Numbered from the stretch's first letter, positions 27,667 to 38,000 are shown. The stretch: 64,000 nucleotides of DNA from an uncultured Rhodospirillales bacterium (GCA_902825855.1 CADECW010000008.1:37522-101521); one strand, 5' to 3'. The notes: a model not told the origin generated them from the sequence alone. A program made the numbers and translations.

Positions 27667-28661
27667 TCCTCTCCACCGTCGAGATGCACACGGGCGGCGA
27701 GCCGACGCGCATCGTCGTCGACGGCTGGCCACGCTTTTCGGGCAAGACGCTGCTCGACAAGCGGCGCGAGGCGCGAGAGCGCTTCGATCATCTGCGGCGT
27801 GGCCTGATGCTGGAGCCGCGCGGCCACGATGGCATGTACGGGGCGCTGCTGGTCGAGCCCGACCATCCCGAGGCCGATCTCGCCGTGCTGTTCATGCACA
27901 ACGAGGGCTATTCGACGATGTGTGGCCACGCCACCGTCGCGTTGGCGCGCTGGGCGGTCGACAGCGGCCGCGTGGCACGGCGTGAGACCGAGGCCGAGAC
28001 CGTCGTGCGGCTGCAGTGCCCGTGCGGCCTGGTGACGGCGCGAGTCGCCGCCGACGGCACGGTGCGCTTCGAAAGCGTGCCGGCCTTCGCCTATGCGCTC
28101 GACCGCATTGCGCCGACGCGCACCTGGGGACCGGTGACGGTCGATATCGCCTACGGCGGCGCCTTCTATGCGTTCCTCTCCGCCGATTCGATCGGCCTCG
28201 ATCTCCGTTCATCACCGATGCGCGCCATCGTCGATGCCGGAGAGGAGATCACCGAGGCGGTGGCGAAGGCCGTACCGATCGTGCATGCCGACGAGCCCGA
28301 CCTTGCCTTTCTGTACGGCACCATTCTGACCGACGGCGGCAACGGCGTTGGCGGCACGCCGAGCCGCAACGTCTGCATCTTCGCCGGCCGGCAGATCGAT
28401 CGCAGCCCGACCGGCAGCGGCGTCACCGCCCGCATGGCCCTGCAGGTGGCTCGCCGCGAGGCGAAGCCGGACGACGAACGCCTGTTCGAGAGCTGCACCG
28501 GCGCCGTGTTCAGCGGGCAGGTCGTGCGCGAGGCAACGCCCGTCGGCGGCCGCAAGGCAGTGATCGTCGAGGTCGGAGGCCGCGCCCATCAGACCGGCGA
28601 GGCCCGCTTCCGCTTCGACGACGATGACCCCCTGAAAGAGGGCTTCTCTCTCGGGCAATAG
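27663..28661 (+). CDS. Proline racemase family protein, Cys/Thr type (trans-3-hydroxy-L-proline dehydratase-like)
   Basis: MHTGGEPTR, LEPRGH, YSTMCGH, DRSPTGSG; GTG start overlaps the upstream stop. Confidence 0.88.
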   Translation: MILSTVEMHTGGEPTRIVVDGWPRFSGKTLLDKRREARERFDHLRRGLMLEPRGHDGMYGALLVEPDHPEADLAVLFMHNEGYSTMCGHATVALARWAVDSGRVARRETEAETVVRLQCPCGLVTARVAADGTVRFESVPAFAYALDRIAPTRTWGPVTVDIAYGGAFYAFLSADSIGLDLRSSPMRAIVDAGEEITEAVAKAVPIVHADEPDLAFLYGTILTDGGNGVGGTPSRNVCIFAGRQIDRSPTGSGVTARMALQVARREAKPDDERLFESCTGAVFSGQVVREATPVGGRKAVIVEVGGRAHQTGEARFRFDDDDPLKEGFSLGQ

Positions 28662-28673
28662 AAAGGGGAACAC

Positions 28674-29828
28674 TCAGGCGTTGTGGCCGCGCCGCAGCGC
28701 CTGGTCGAGGTCGTCGAACAGGTCGCCCGTCTCCTCGACGCCGACCGACAGACGCAACAGGTCGGGCGGGCAGGGCGTGCCCGGCCCCTCGACGCTGGCG
28801 CGATGCTCTATCAGGCTCTCCACACCGCCCAGCGACGTCGCACGCTTCCATAGCTCCACGCGTGCCGCCGAGGCGATGGCTGCGCGCTCGCCGCCCTTGA
28901 CGCGCACCGACAGCATGCCGCCGAAGCCGCCCGCCATCTGCTTCTTTGCCGCCGCGTGTCCGGCAAAGGAAGGCAGGCCGGGATAGAGTACTTCCGCCAC
29001 CATCGAGTGACTTGCGAGGCGCTCGGCAAGAGCCTGCGCCGAGCGGCACGCCCAGGCGACGCGTGGGAACAGCGTGCGCATCCCGCGCGTCAGCAGCCAT
29101 GCCTCGGTCTGGCCGAGGATGGTGCCGAGCTGTGCGCGTATGGTCCTGAGCTTCTGCCAATGCTCGTCGTCGCGCGCGCCGACCAGGGCGCCGGCAATGA
29201 TATCGGAGTGGCCGTTGAGGTACTTGGTCGCCGAATGCATGACGATGTCGGCACCCAGCTCGATCGGCCGCGTCAGCACCGGCGTGCCTACCGTCGAGTC
29301 GACAGCGAGCAACGCGCCGGCGCGATGGGCGATGTCGGCGGCCGCGGCGATGTCGGTGACGCACCAGGTCGGATTGGCCGGCGTCTCGATCCACACCAGC
29401 TTGGTGCTGCCCGGCTTCACCGCCGTGGCGATGGCGTCGGTGCGGTCGGCATCGACGAAATCGACCTTTAGCCCCCAATGTTGCGCGAAGCCCGTGAGCC
29501 AGTTGCGCAGCGACCAGTACATCACCTTGGGCGCCACCACGTGATCGCCCGGCGCCAGCGCCAGGAAGCAGGTGGTCGCTGCGCTCATGCCCGAGGAGAA
29601 GACCAGCGCCTTGGCGCCGCCTTCCAGGGCCGACAGCGTCGCCTCGGCCTGGTCGAATGTCGGATTGTCCGAGCGCGCGTAGATGCGGCCGGAGCTGTAG
29701 CCATTGTCCTCGTCTCGCTGGTAGGTGCTGGCCATATGGATCGGCGGCACCACGGCCTTCGTCACGGGGTCGATCCACCCCATGGCTTGTGCGGCGAGCG
29801 AAGGGGCGGCGAAGGTCCTGTTTGTCAT
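28674..29828 (-). CDS. Cys/Met metabolism PLP-dependent enzyme (cystathionine gamma-synthase/lyase family)
   Basis: YARSDNPT, FSSGMSA, IETPANP, HSATKYLNGHSD, SLGGVESL, RLSVGVE. Confidence 0.92.
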   Translation of the reverse strand: MTNRTFAAPSLAAQAMGWIDPVTKAVVPPIHMASTYQRDEDNGYSSGRIYARSDNPTFDQAEATLSALEGGAKALVFSSGMSAATTCFLALAPGDHVVAPKVMYWSLRNWLTGFAQHWGLKVDFVDADRTDAIATAVKPGSTKLVWIETPANPTWCVTDIAAAADIAHRAGALLAVDSTVGTPVLTRPIELGADIVMHSATKYLNGHSDIIAGALVGARDDEHWQKLRTIRAQLGTILGQTEAWLLTRGMRTLFPRVAWACRSAQALAERLASHSMVAEVLYPGLPSFAGHAAAKKQMAGGFGGMLSVRVKGGERAAIASAARVELWKRATSLGGVESLIEHRASVEGPGTPCPPDLLRLSVGVEETGDLFDDLDQALRRGHNA

Positions 29829-30009
29829 TGAAATACCGTAGCTTACGTGTTTCTTACATACGCTCGTGATCTTATAGCGCATCGTCGCACATCCGTTGCA
29901 GATGCATTAATATCCGGCCACCGCAACGGGCCGGACCACTTTATGTCCTGTGTCCGCTTGCGTTTCGCGAACCGTCCCGTCGTCTCGGTCTGGAACCGGA
30001 GTCCGTGTA

Positions 30010-30639
30010 ATGGATGTCGAAACACTCGCCCACCCGCAGCACCAGTTGCCAACCCCCGCCCGTGGCGATCGCGTCGCCCGAACGCGCGAAGCCATCGTCG
30101 GCTCCGCCCTTGCGCTTGCGCTCGCCGGCGAAGTGGCCCCGATCGTCCGCGACATCGCCAAGATGGCAGGCGTCTCGGCACGCACCGTGTTCCAGCATTT
30201 CGCCGACACCGCCGAGCTTTATGTCGCGGTGCTCGGCCGTGTCCTGGCAGCCGCTCTGGGCGAGCCCGACTTCAGCATGTCGTGGCCGATCGACGAGCGC
30301 GTCGCCATGATCATCAACCAGTGCGCCGAGCGCGGCGAACGCCTGCTGCCGATGTGGACTTTCGTCGAGACCCTGCAAAGACGCTCGACCGAGGCATCCG
30401 AGATGATCGTGCAGATGTACACCGCCAATCGCGCGCAGCTTGCGAACTGGTTCGAGCATGAATTGGCAGAACTGCCCGCCGACGCGCGCGAGCGCACCTT
30501 GAACGCGCTTGCCATGGCGCTGGCGCCCGAGAGCTGGGTCGTGCTGCGCGAGCGCCTCGGCCTGTCGGTCGAGCAGGCCCGCGACGAGCTGACGTTCGTC
30601 ACCCGCGCCGTGCTGAGCGGCGGCGCCCTCCGCGCATAG
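30010..30639 (+). CDS. TetR/AcrR family transcriptional regulator
   Basis: RTREAIV...VRDIAKMAGVSARTVFQHF HTH. Confidence 0.88.
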   Translation: MDVETLAHPQHQLPTPARGDRVARTREAIVGSALALALAGEVAPIVRDIAKMAGVSARTVFQHFADTAELYVAVLGRVLAAALGEPDFSMSWPIDERVAMIINQCAERGERLLPMWTFVETLQRRSTEASEMIVQMYTANRAQLANWFEHELAELPADARERTLNALAMALAPESWVVLRERLGLSVEQARDELTFVTRAVLSGGALRA

Positions 30640-31162
30640 CCAGCCGCGCGAGCTCCTCGAGCTGGCGATCCCGGAGGCCCATCTCGGAAAGATGGGCCAC
30701 GGTGTTCTGAACATAGGCGAGATTGCTGCCCGTGGCGCCGTGTCCCTCGCGGACCAGCGCCACGGCTTTTTTGATCGGCAGCTTGCCCGCGAACTGGCGG
30801 TGTCCGCGGTCGGCGAGATAGACCAGCGCCGGCACGGTGCGGCCATCGTCGAGATGGATCGGCCGGATCGTCTCTTCGTAGACGCCGTCATTGTCGATCT
30901 CGCGATGGATCAGATAGCGGCGCACCGCGTCGTACTGTTTGGCCGGCAGGCGATGGGCAAGCCCGCGGCAGGAGCCGCCGGGCAGCAGGCCCAGGATCAG
31001 CCCGGGCTGCCTCGGCGTGCCGCGATAATGCTCCGAATATATGCAGAAGGCGCGGTGCCAGCCGTGCAGCTGCGCGCCGCGCGTCTCCGGCGTGGCAAAG
31101 CCCGGATTCCACATCAGCGAGCCGTAGCCGAAGACCCAGAACGGACGGTCGCTCGAGGTCAC
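30599..31162 (-). CDS. chaC: Gamma-glutamylcyclotransferase (ChaC family)
   Basis: WVFGYGSLMWNPG, HYRGTPRQPGLILGL, GSNLAY; GTG start overlaps the tyrA stop. Confidence 0.88.
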   Translation of the reverse strand: MTSSDRPFWVFGYGSLMWNPGFATPETRGAQLHGWHRAFCIYSEHYRGTPRQPGLILGLLPGGSCRGLAHRLPAKQYDAVRRYLIHREIDNDGVYEETIRPIHLDDGRTVPALVYLADRGHRQFAGKLPIKKAVALVREGHGATGSNLAYVQNTVAHLSEMGLRDRQLEELARLAMRGGRRRSARRG

Positions 31163-32043
31163 GCCTGGTTGAGATGGATCAGCGCGCGGCGGATCTCGCG
31201 GGTGCGCGTGAACAGTTCGAACAGCTTGTCGCCTTCGCCCCAGCGGATGGCGCGCTGCAGGTAGAACAGGTCTTCCTGGAAACGCGCCAGCACTTCGAGC
31301 ACGGCCTCGCGGTTGTTCAGGAACACGTCGCGCCACATCGTCGGATCGGAGGCGGCGATGCGGGTGAAGTCGCGGAAGCCGCCGGCGGCGAAGCGCAGCA
31401 CCTCGCTGTTGAGATGGCCGGCAAGATCGTCGGCCGTGCCGACGATCGTGTAGGCGATGAGATGCGGCAGGTGCGAGGTGATTGCGAGGATGCGGTCGTG
31501 GTCGGCGGCATCCAGGCGCTCGGTAAGGCTGCCCAGGCTTTTCCAGAACGTTTCGAGCTTGTCGACTGCGGCAGCGTCGCTGCCGGGCAGCGGCGTCAGG
31601 ATGGTCCAGCGCCCGTCGAACAGCTCGGCGAAGCCCGCCTCGGGACCCGAGTTCTCCGTGCCGGCGACCGGATGGGCCGGCACGAAGTGCACGCCCGCGG
31701 GAAGATGCGGCTGCATGGCGTTGATCACCGCCAGCTTCACCGAGCCGACATCGGAGACGATGCAGCCCGGCTTGAGGCTGGGCGCGATGGTGCGGGCGGC
31801 CTCGCCGCAGGCGCCGACCGGCGTGCAGACGATCACCAGGTCGGCACCCTCGCAGGCAGCCGCGAGATCGGTGCCGCAATGGTCGACCAGTTTCAGACGA
31901 TTGGCCGTGGCGGCCGTCTCTTCGCTGCGCGTCGCTGCGACGATCTCCTTGGCGAGACCGCCGCGCCGGGCGGCGAGGGCGATCGAGCCGCCGATCAGGC
32001 CGATGCCGATCAGGGCGATCCTGTTGAACAGGGGCTTGGTCAT
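31159..32043 (-). CDS. tyrA: Prephenate/arogenate (cyclohexadienyl) dehydrogenase
   Basis: GIGLIGGS, DVGSVK, HPVAGTE, SHLPH, GGFRDFTRIAASDPTMW. Confidence 0.95.
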   Translation of the reverse strand: MTKPLFNRIALIGIGLIGGSIALAARRGGLAKEIVAATRSEETAATANRLKLVDHCGTDLAAACEGADLVIVCTPVGACGEAARTIAPSLKPGCIVSDVGSVKLAVINAMQPHLPAGVHFVPAHPVAGTENSGPEAGFAELFDGRWTILTPLPGSDAAAVDKLETFWKSLGSLTERLDAADHDRILAITSHLPHLIAYTIVGTADDLAGHLNSEVLRFAAGGFRDFTRIAASDPTMWRDVFLNNREAVLEVLARFQEDLFYLQRAIRWGEGDKLFELFTRTREIRRALIHLNQA

Positions 32044-33131
32044 TTGTTGCCGGCTGCGAAGCGGCTGAGCGAAGCGTGCACGGCCTTGACCTCGCTCTCG
32101 GTGCCGATGGTGATGCGCAGGTGCTCGGGAAGGCCGTAGCCCGCCACCATGCGCGGGATCAGCCCATCGTTCATCAGCCAGTCGTTCGCTGCCGCCGCGC
32201 GCTCCCTGGAGCCGAAGCCGACCAGCACGAAGTTGCCGACGCTTGGCAACGGCTTCAAGCCAAGCTCGGTGAGCCCGGCGCTGAGCCACGGCAGCCAGAT
32301 GTCGTTGTTGGTGCGGCTGGCGTCGGTGTGGGCGATGTCGGCCATTGCTGCGATGCCCGCTGCCTGCGCTGCCAGGTTGACGTTGAAGGGCTGACGCAGT
32401 CGGCTCATCACGTCGATGATGCCGGCCGGGCCGTACATCCAGCCCAGTCGCAGCCCGCCCAGGCCGTAGATTTTGGAGAAGGTGCGGGTCATCACGACAT
32501 TCTCGGCCTGGTCGACCAGCTCGACGCCGGATTCATAGTCGTTGCGGCTGACATACTCGGCATAGGCCGCGTCGATCACCAGCAACACGTTCTTCGGCAG
32601 CCCGGCATGCAGCCGGCGCACGTCGTCCTTGGTGATGTAGGTGCCCGTCGGATTGTTGGGATTGGCGAGGCACACCACGCGCGTCTTGTTGCTGACCTTC
32701 GCCAGCATGGCATCGACGTCGGCGCGATAGTCCTTCTCGGGCGCCGCGACCGGCGTCGCGCCCACACCCAGTGCGTTGATCGGATACATCAGGAAGCCGA
32801 ACTGGCTGTAGAGCAGTTCGTCTCCCGGCCCGCAGTAGGCGCGCACCAGCAGGTTCAGAAGCTCGTCGGAGCCCGCGCCGCAGACGATGCGCCTGGCGTC
32901 GAGGCCGTAGTGCCGGCCGATCGCGGCACGCAGGTTGCCGGAATCGCCATCGGGATAGCGATGCAGTTCAGTCGCCGCCTTGGCATAGGCCGCCATTGCC
33001 TTGGGGCTGGGGCCGAGCGCGCCTTCGTTCGACGACAGCTTGGCGATCGTCTGCTTGCCCTCGACCGAATCCTTGCCCGGCACATAGGGCGCGATCTTCA
33101 TGATGCCCGGACGCGGGGTAAGCGCGCTCAT
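32040..33131 (-). CDS. hisC: Histidinol-phosphate aminotransferase
   Basis: KLSSNE, GSDE, NPNNPTG, DAAYAEY, RTFSKIYGLGGLRLG. Confidence 0.96.
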   Translation of the reverse strand: MSALTPRPGIMKIAPYVPGKDSVEGKQTIAKLSSNEGALGPSPKAMAAYAKAATELHRYPDGDSGNLRAAIGRHYGLDARRIVCGAGSDELLNLLVRAYCGPGDELLYSQFGFLMYPINALGVGATPVAAPEKDYRADVDAMLAKVSNKTRVVCLANPNNPTGTYITKDDVRRLHAGLPKNVLLVIDAAYAEYVSRNDYESGVELVDQAENVVMTRTFSKIYGLGGLRLGWMYGPAGIIDVMSRLRQPFNVNLAAQAAGIAAMADIAHTDASRTNNDIWLPWLSAGLTELGLKPLPSVGNFVLVGFGSRERAAAANDWLMNDGLIPRMVAGYGLPEHLRITIGTESEVKAVHASLSRFAAGNK

Positions 33132-33149
33132 CGCGATCTCCTGGTTTGA

Positions 33150-34001
33150 TCAGGCCCGTGCGATCGACGGCACGGCGTAGGCGCCGATCGCCGCCACGCG
33201 ACCGTTTGCGAGCTCCAGAGCGGTCTCGAGCTCGCGCAGGCGCTTGTCGCCATCGGCGATCACGCCCGGCAACTCGACGAGGTAGTGATGCACGCCGCCC
33301 GCAACCTGGTCCAGCACCGACGTGAAGGCGGGCAGGGCAGCCTTGCCGAGGGCGCCGGAGATCCGGTTGCGGCTGAGGCCGTCCTCCGATTCGATGGAGA
33401 TCAGGGCGCGGTCGTCGCCCGATTCCTCGGGCTCCATGCGCGCCAGCACGAAGGCCGAGATGCCGCGCGCGCGGGCGTTGGGCATGACCACGAAGGGCAA
33501 CCGCGCGACGACGTTCGGCAGCGTGGCGTCACGGCCCGCCAGCAGCGGCCACCACGGCGCGGCATCGGCCTCGATCGGCACCGGCACGACGCCGAGCGTC
33601 GCGGGATTGGCGCGGACCGCCGCCAGCACCTGGGCCGGCGTGTCGTTGGCGACGAAGGTGATCTGGCAACCGAAATGGTCTCGCGCGAGGTCCCAGTAGC
33701 CCGGCTGATCGTGCGGGCGGCAGATTGCGACCTTGATGTCCGGTGTCTGCATCATGGTGAAGGCGCACATCATCTCGCGCCACATGCGGTAGACGGCGGC
33801 GGGAGGAAACGGTCCCTGATGCGTCTCGAGGCGCTGGCGCATGACTTTGGCTTCGCGGCCTGGCCTCAGCGCCAGCCCGCCCGGCGGCTTGGAGGCGGCA
33901 ATGCGATCGACCAGGGCGGCCCGGCGCCGGATGAGGCCATGCAGCTCGCCGTCGATGGCGTCGATTTCCTGGCGCAAACTGTCGAGACTGGGGGCGTCCA
34001 T
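33150..34001 (-). CDS. Chorismate mutase with C-terminal extension (alphaproteobacterial type)
   Basis: LDSLRQEIDAID, RPGREA, ARDHFG; directly upstream of hisC. Confidence 0.88.
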   Translation of the reverse strand: MDAPSLDSLRQEIDAIDGELHGLIRRRAALVDRIAASKPPGGLALRPGREAKVMRQRLETHQGPFPPAAVYRMWREMMCAFTMMQTPDIKVAICRPHDQPGYWDLARDHFGCQITFVANDTPAQVLAAVRANPATLGVVPVPIEADAAPWWPLLAGRDATLPNVVARLPFVVMPNARARGISAFVLARMEPEESGDDRALISIESEDGLSRNRISGALGKAALPAFTSVLDQVAGGVHHYLVELPGVIADGDKRLRELETALELANGRVAAIGAYAVPSIARA

Positions 34002-34118
34002 GAAGCCGTTGGTCCTCTGAGGCAGCGGCGATACTACGTCCGGCCGGCCCCCGTAAAGGCAAGAAACCTCGGAAACCGCGAGGGGCGCTTGCGCAATTCC
34101 AGCGACCTCCGTATAGAA

Positions 34119-34177
34119 GCCTCTCCGTGGAATTTGAGCCGACCGGCTTGCGACCACGTTAAACCTCGCTAAAAGGT
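34119..34177 (+). ncRNA. SAM-II (SAM-alpha) riboswitch
   Basis: CGTGG-AATTTG-AGCCGACCGGCT-TGCG-ACCACG-TTAAA...CGCTAAA pattern in the metX leader. Confidence 0.88.
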
Positions 34178-34188
34178 CGGAGCGCTCC

Positions 34189-34225
34189 GAAAAAGCCCCC
34201 GCCCTTGCCGGTCGGGGGCTTTTTC
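34189..34225 (+). terminator. Intrinsic terminator in the metX leader (riboswitch expression platform)
   Basis: 13-bp inverted repeat GAAAAAGCCCCCG/CGGGGGCTTTTTC ending in a U-run. Confidence 0.8.
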
Positions 34226-34257
34226 GTCGGCCGTGTGCATAGGCCGCAGGAGACGAC

Positions 34258-35448
34258 ATGGAGGCTACGATCGAGAAGCCGCCGTTCGACGGCCTCGCCG
34301 ATGCCGAGCGCAAGGCGCTGGCCCGGTGCCGCCACGCGGTTCTTGGCGCCGATCAGCCGCTTCGGCTCGACTGCGGCGTCGAGCTCGGCCCCTATCGCGT
34401 GGCCTACCAGACCTACGGCACGCTGAATGCCGACAAGTCGAACGCCGTCTTGATCTGCCATGCCCTGACGCTCGACCAGTTCGTCGCCGAGGAGCATCCC
34501 GTCACCGGCAAGGAGGGCTGGTGGGACAGCCTGGTCGGCCCCAACAAGGTGCTCGATCCGGCGCGCTACTTCATCATCTGCATCAACGTGCTGGGTGGAT
34601 GCATGGGCACGACCGGGCCGCTGGCGCTCGATGACGGAGGCCAGCCCTGGAACCTGCGTTTCCCGGTCGTGACCGTCGCCGACATGGTGCGCGCGCAGGC
34701 GGCTCTGCTCGACCATCTCGGCATCCCCGACCTGTTCTGCGTGATCGGCGGGTCGATGGGCGGCATGCAGGTGCTGCAATGGGCGGCGAGCTATCCCGCG
34801 CGCGTGTTCACGGCGGTTCCCATCGCCTGCGCTGCCCGCCACTCGGCCCAGAACATCGCCTTCCACGAAGTCGGCCGACAGGCGATCATGGCCGACCCCG
34901 AGTGGAAGGGCGGCGACTACCGCCAGCACGACACCGTGCCGGCGCGCGGGCTCTCGGTGGCGCGCATGACCGCGCACATCACCTATCTTTCCGAGCAGGC
35001 GCTGCAGCGCAAGTTCGGCCGCGCGCTGCAGGACCGCGACGCGCTGGGCTTCGGCTTCGACGCCGATTTCCAGGTCGAGAGCTACCTGCGCTACCAGGGC
35101 TCGACCTTCGTCGATCGCTTCGACGCCAACAGCTACCTCTACATCACCCGCGCAATGGACTATTTCGACCTGGCCGCAGCGCATGGCGGGGTTCTGGCCA
35201 ACGCCTTCAAGGGCACGCCGACGCGCTTCTGCCTGTTCTCCTTCACCAGCGACTGGCTGTTTCCGACGCGCGAGAGCCGCGAGATCGTGCGTGCGCTGAC
35301 CGCTGCGGCGGCAAACGTCTCCTTCGTCGAGGTCGAGAGCGACAAGGGCCACGACGCCTTCCTGCTCGACGAGCCCGAGATGTTCCGCACGCTGGACGGC
35401 TTTCTCAAGGGCGCGGCAGCGGTGCGCGGCCTGAAAGCCGCGCCGTGA
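34258..35448 (+). CDS. metX: Homoserine O-acetyltransferase
   Basis: [32 protein letters not shown]. Confidence 0.96.
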   Translation: MEATIEKPPFDGLADAERKALARCRHAVLGADQPLRLDCGVELGPYRVAYQTYGTLNADKSNAVLICHALTLDQFVAEEHPVTGKEGWWDSLVGPNKVLDPARYFIICINVLGGCMGTTGPLALDDGGQPWNLRFPVVTVADMVRAQAALLDHLGIPDLFCVIGGSMGGMQVLQWAASYPARVFTAVPIACAARHSAQNIAFHEVGRQAIMADPEWKGGDYRQHDTVPARGLSVARMTAHITYLSEQALQRKFGRALQDRDALGFGFDADFQVESYLRYQGSTFVDRFDANSYLYITRAMDYFDLAAAHGGVLANAFKGTPTRFCLFSFTSDWLFPTRESREIVRALTAAAANVSFVEVESDKGHDAFLLDEPEMFRTLDGFLKGAAAVRGLKAAP

Positions 35449-36053
35449 GCGCCAGCCCCATCCGCGTCGACTTGCAGCTCATCGCCGACATGGTCGATCC
35501 GGCGACGCGCGCGCTCGACGTCGGCTGCGGCGACGGCTCGCTGCTGGCCTACCTCGTCAACTTCAAGCGGGTCGATGCGCGCGGCATGGAGCTCAGCCAG
35601 ACCGGCGTGAACGCCTGTGTCGCCAACGGCCTGTCGGTCATCCAGGGCGACGCCGACGCCGACTTGCGGGATTATCCGGACGACGCCTTCGACTACGTCA
35701 TCCTCAGCCAGACCCTGCAGGCGACGCGCGAACCGCGCGAGGTGCTGCGCCAGATGCTGCGCGTCGGCAAGCGCGCGATCGTGTCGTTTCCCAACTTCGC
35801 GCACTGGCAAGTGCGCCTGCGTTTGGTGTTCGGCGGGCGCATGCCCGAAACGCCGTCGCTGCCCTACAAGTGGTACGACACGCCCAACATCCATCTCTGC
35901 AGCATCGACGACTTCCGCGGCCTGTGCCGGGACATGGGCGTGGACATCGAGCGCGCCATCGTGCTCGACCGCAACAGCAAGCCGATCAACCTGCCGCCGC
36001 TGCTCGCCAACCTGGTGGGCGAGCAGGCAGTGTTCATGCTGCGACGCGACTGA
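35445..36053 (+). CDS. metW: Methionine biosynthesis protein MetW
   Basis: [34 protein letters not shown]; GTGA overlap with metX. Confidence 0.95.
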   Translation: MSASPIRVDLQLIADMVDPATRALDVGCGDGSLLAYLVNFKRVDARGMELSQTGVNACVANGLSVIQGDADADLRDYPDDAFDYVILSQTLQATREPREVLRQMLRVGKRAIVSFPNFAHWQVRLRLVFGGRMPETPSLPYKWYDTPNIHLCSIDDFRGLCRDMGVDIERAIVLDRNSKPINLPPLLANLVGEQAVFMLRRD

Positions 36054-36064
36054 GCATTCAGGCG

Positions 36065-36721
36065 TTACCCGCTATTTCTCTGATTGCCCGCGAACACCGC
36101 GGTCAGGCCAAGGCCGATGAACAGCGTCCCGCTGACATAGCGCTCGACCTCGAGATAGCGCTTGTTGCGGCGCAGCCACTTGCCGGCCGTGCCGGCGAGG
36201 AAGGCATAGCAGCCGTCCGTGATGAAGCCGAGCAGGGCGAACAGCAGGCCGAGGAAGACGATCTGCGAGACGAGATGGCCGCGCTCCGGTTCGACGAACT
36301 GCGGCAGGAAGGCGAGGAAGAACAGCGCCGTCTTGGGGTTCAACAGGTTGACGATGAAGCCGTCGCGGAACAGGCGGAAATGGCTGTGGCGCGGCAGGTT
36401 GCCGTCGGCGTCGACCTGCTCGTCGCGACCGAAGATTTTCTTCAGTCCGAGCCAGACGAGATAGGCGGCACCGGCCCACTTCACGACGCTGAAGGCGAGC
36501 GCCGACGAGGCGAGCAGCGCAGACAGGCCGAGCGCCGCCGCCAGGACATGGACCAGCGTCGCGGAATGGATGCCGAGATCGGAGACGAAACCCGCCATCC
36601 GACCCTGCGCCACCGACCGGGCGACGATGTAGAGCACGGCGGGGCCGGGGATCAGCAGCAACACCAGGGCGGCGCCCAGGAACAGGCCGATGTTCGTGGC
36701 GCCGGGGACGACGAACTCCAT
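36065..36721 (-). CDS. LysE/RhtB family translocator
   Basis: IPGPAV, VKWAGAAYLVWLG, NLLNPKTALFFLAFLPQF. Confidence 0.92.
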   Translation of the reverse strand: MEFVVPGATNIGLFLGAALVLLLIPGPAVLYIVARSVAQGRMAGFVSDLGIHSATLVHVLAAALGLSALLASSALAFSVVKWAGAAYLVWLGLKKIFGRDEQVDADGNLPRHSHFRLFRDGFIVNLLNPKTALFFLAFLPQFVEPERGHLVSQIVFLGLLFALLGFITDGCYAFLAGTAGKWLRRNKRYLEVERYVSGTLFIGLGLTAVFAGNQRNSG

Positions 36722-36777
36722 GACGGATCTCTCTGTGAAGAAGCGGTGGCCGCAGAAAGCCCGACCGGACCGGCCTG

Positions 36778-37233
36778 TCAATGCCCGCGCGCGCCCGCCG
36801 TGCGGCGAAAGTTGGCCTCGATGTCGTCCTGGCCCTGCTTCACGAAGCCGTGCCGCTCATAGAAGCGGTCGGCCGGGCTGCCGAGCAGCACGTCGAGCTC
36901 GCAGGGCAGGCCGAGCGCATCGGCTTCGGCCAGCAGGGCCTTCAGGATATCCGTGCCCAGCCCGCGATTGTGATGGCGCCGGGCGAGGTAGAAGGAGTCA
37001 ATCTTGATCTCGGCTGCACCGACACGGAAGCCGACGCAGCCGGCGAGGTCGTCGCCGACCAGGATCAGGCGCAGGCCGGGCTCAGCGAAATGCTCGCGGA
37101 AGACTCGCCGCGCGCGCTCCGGGTGGTAGCGAAAGACGCGTTCCAGATGCTCGCGCATCACTTCGATGCGGATCGCCAGCAACGGCTCGAAGTGGGCCTC
37201 GCTGGCGGGCGCGAAACACCAGGTGGTCGACAT
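36778..37233 (-). CDS. GNAT family N-acetyltransferase
   Basis: HNRGLGT, FYERHGF. Confidence 0.87.
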   Translation of the reverse strand: MSTTWCFAPASEAHFEPLLAIRIEVMREHLERVFRYHPERARRVFREHFAEPGLRLILVGDDLAGCVGFRVGAAEIKIDSFYLARRHHNRGLGTDILKALLAEADALGLPCELDVLLGSPADRFYERHGFVKQGQDDIEANFRRTAGARGH

Positions 37234-37241
37234 GCTCCTGC

Positions 37242-38000
37242 CTAGTGGATGCGGTCCAGCAGCCTGCCCGGCCGGAAAAGGTGCGACCAGGCGGCAATGT
37301 CGGACCAGGCGACCGCCGGATCATGCGACAGCAGGATGAGGTCGGCACGACCCACCAGGTTGTCCTCCGGCACGAAGCCGACACCGCCGTCGGCGATCGA
37401 GATGCGGCTGTCGACCGAGTTGTCGCGATTGTCGCCCATCATGAAGTAGTGCTTCGGCGGCACCACGAAGACTTGCGTGTCGTCTTGCCGGTCGGCATCG
37501 GTCATCTCGACGATCTCGTGCTCGCGCCCGCCGGGCAGCGTCTCGACATAGAGCGTGGCCGCGCCGAGGCCGCCGGCATCGCCGGTGAACGGACCGACGG
37601 GGCGCCGCGGGACGACCACATCGTTGATGTAGAGGCGCCCGCCCTTCATCTGGATGCGTTCACCAGGCAGGCCGATCAGGCGCTTCACGTAACTCGTCGA
37701 GGGATCGCGTGGCAGGCGGAAGACGACGACGTCGCCGCGTTCGGGCGCCTTCCCGAGCAGCCGGCCGGAGAAATCCGGCAGCAGGTCGATCGGCGAGGAA
37801 TAGCGGCTGTAGCCATAGGCGTATTTGCTGGCAACAAGCTGATCGCCGGTGAGAAGCGTTGGCACCATCGACGGCGACGGCACGTGATAGGGCTCGGCGA
37901 ACACGGTGCGGACGATCAGGACGAAGCCAACGGCCAGCAGGATCGATTTCAGCTCGCGACCCCAGCCGACGAGGCGCTGCCAACGGGAGGAACTGTCCAT
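37242..38000 (-). CDS. lepB: Signal peptidase I
   Basis: PSPSMVPTL (Ser), YVKRLIGLPG (Lys), MGDNRDNSVDSR. Confidence 0.93.
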   Translation of the reverse strand: MDSSSRWQRLVGWGRELKSILLAVGFVLIVRTVFAEPYHVPSPSMVPTLLTGDQLVASKYAYGYSRYSSPIDLLPDFSGRLLGKAPERGDVVVFRLPRDPSTSYVKRLIGLPGERIQMKGGRLYINDVVVPRRPVGPFTGDAGGLGAATLYVETLPGGREHEIVEMTDADRQDDTQVFVVPPKHYFMMGDNRDNSVDSRISIADGGVGFVPEDNLVGRADLILLSHDPAVAWSDIAAWSHLFRPGRLLDRIH

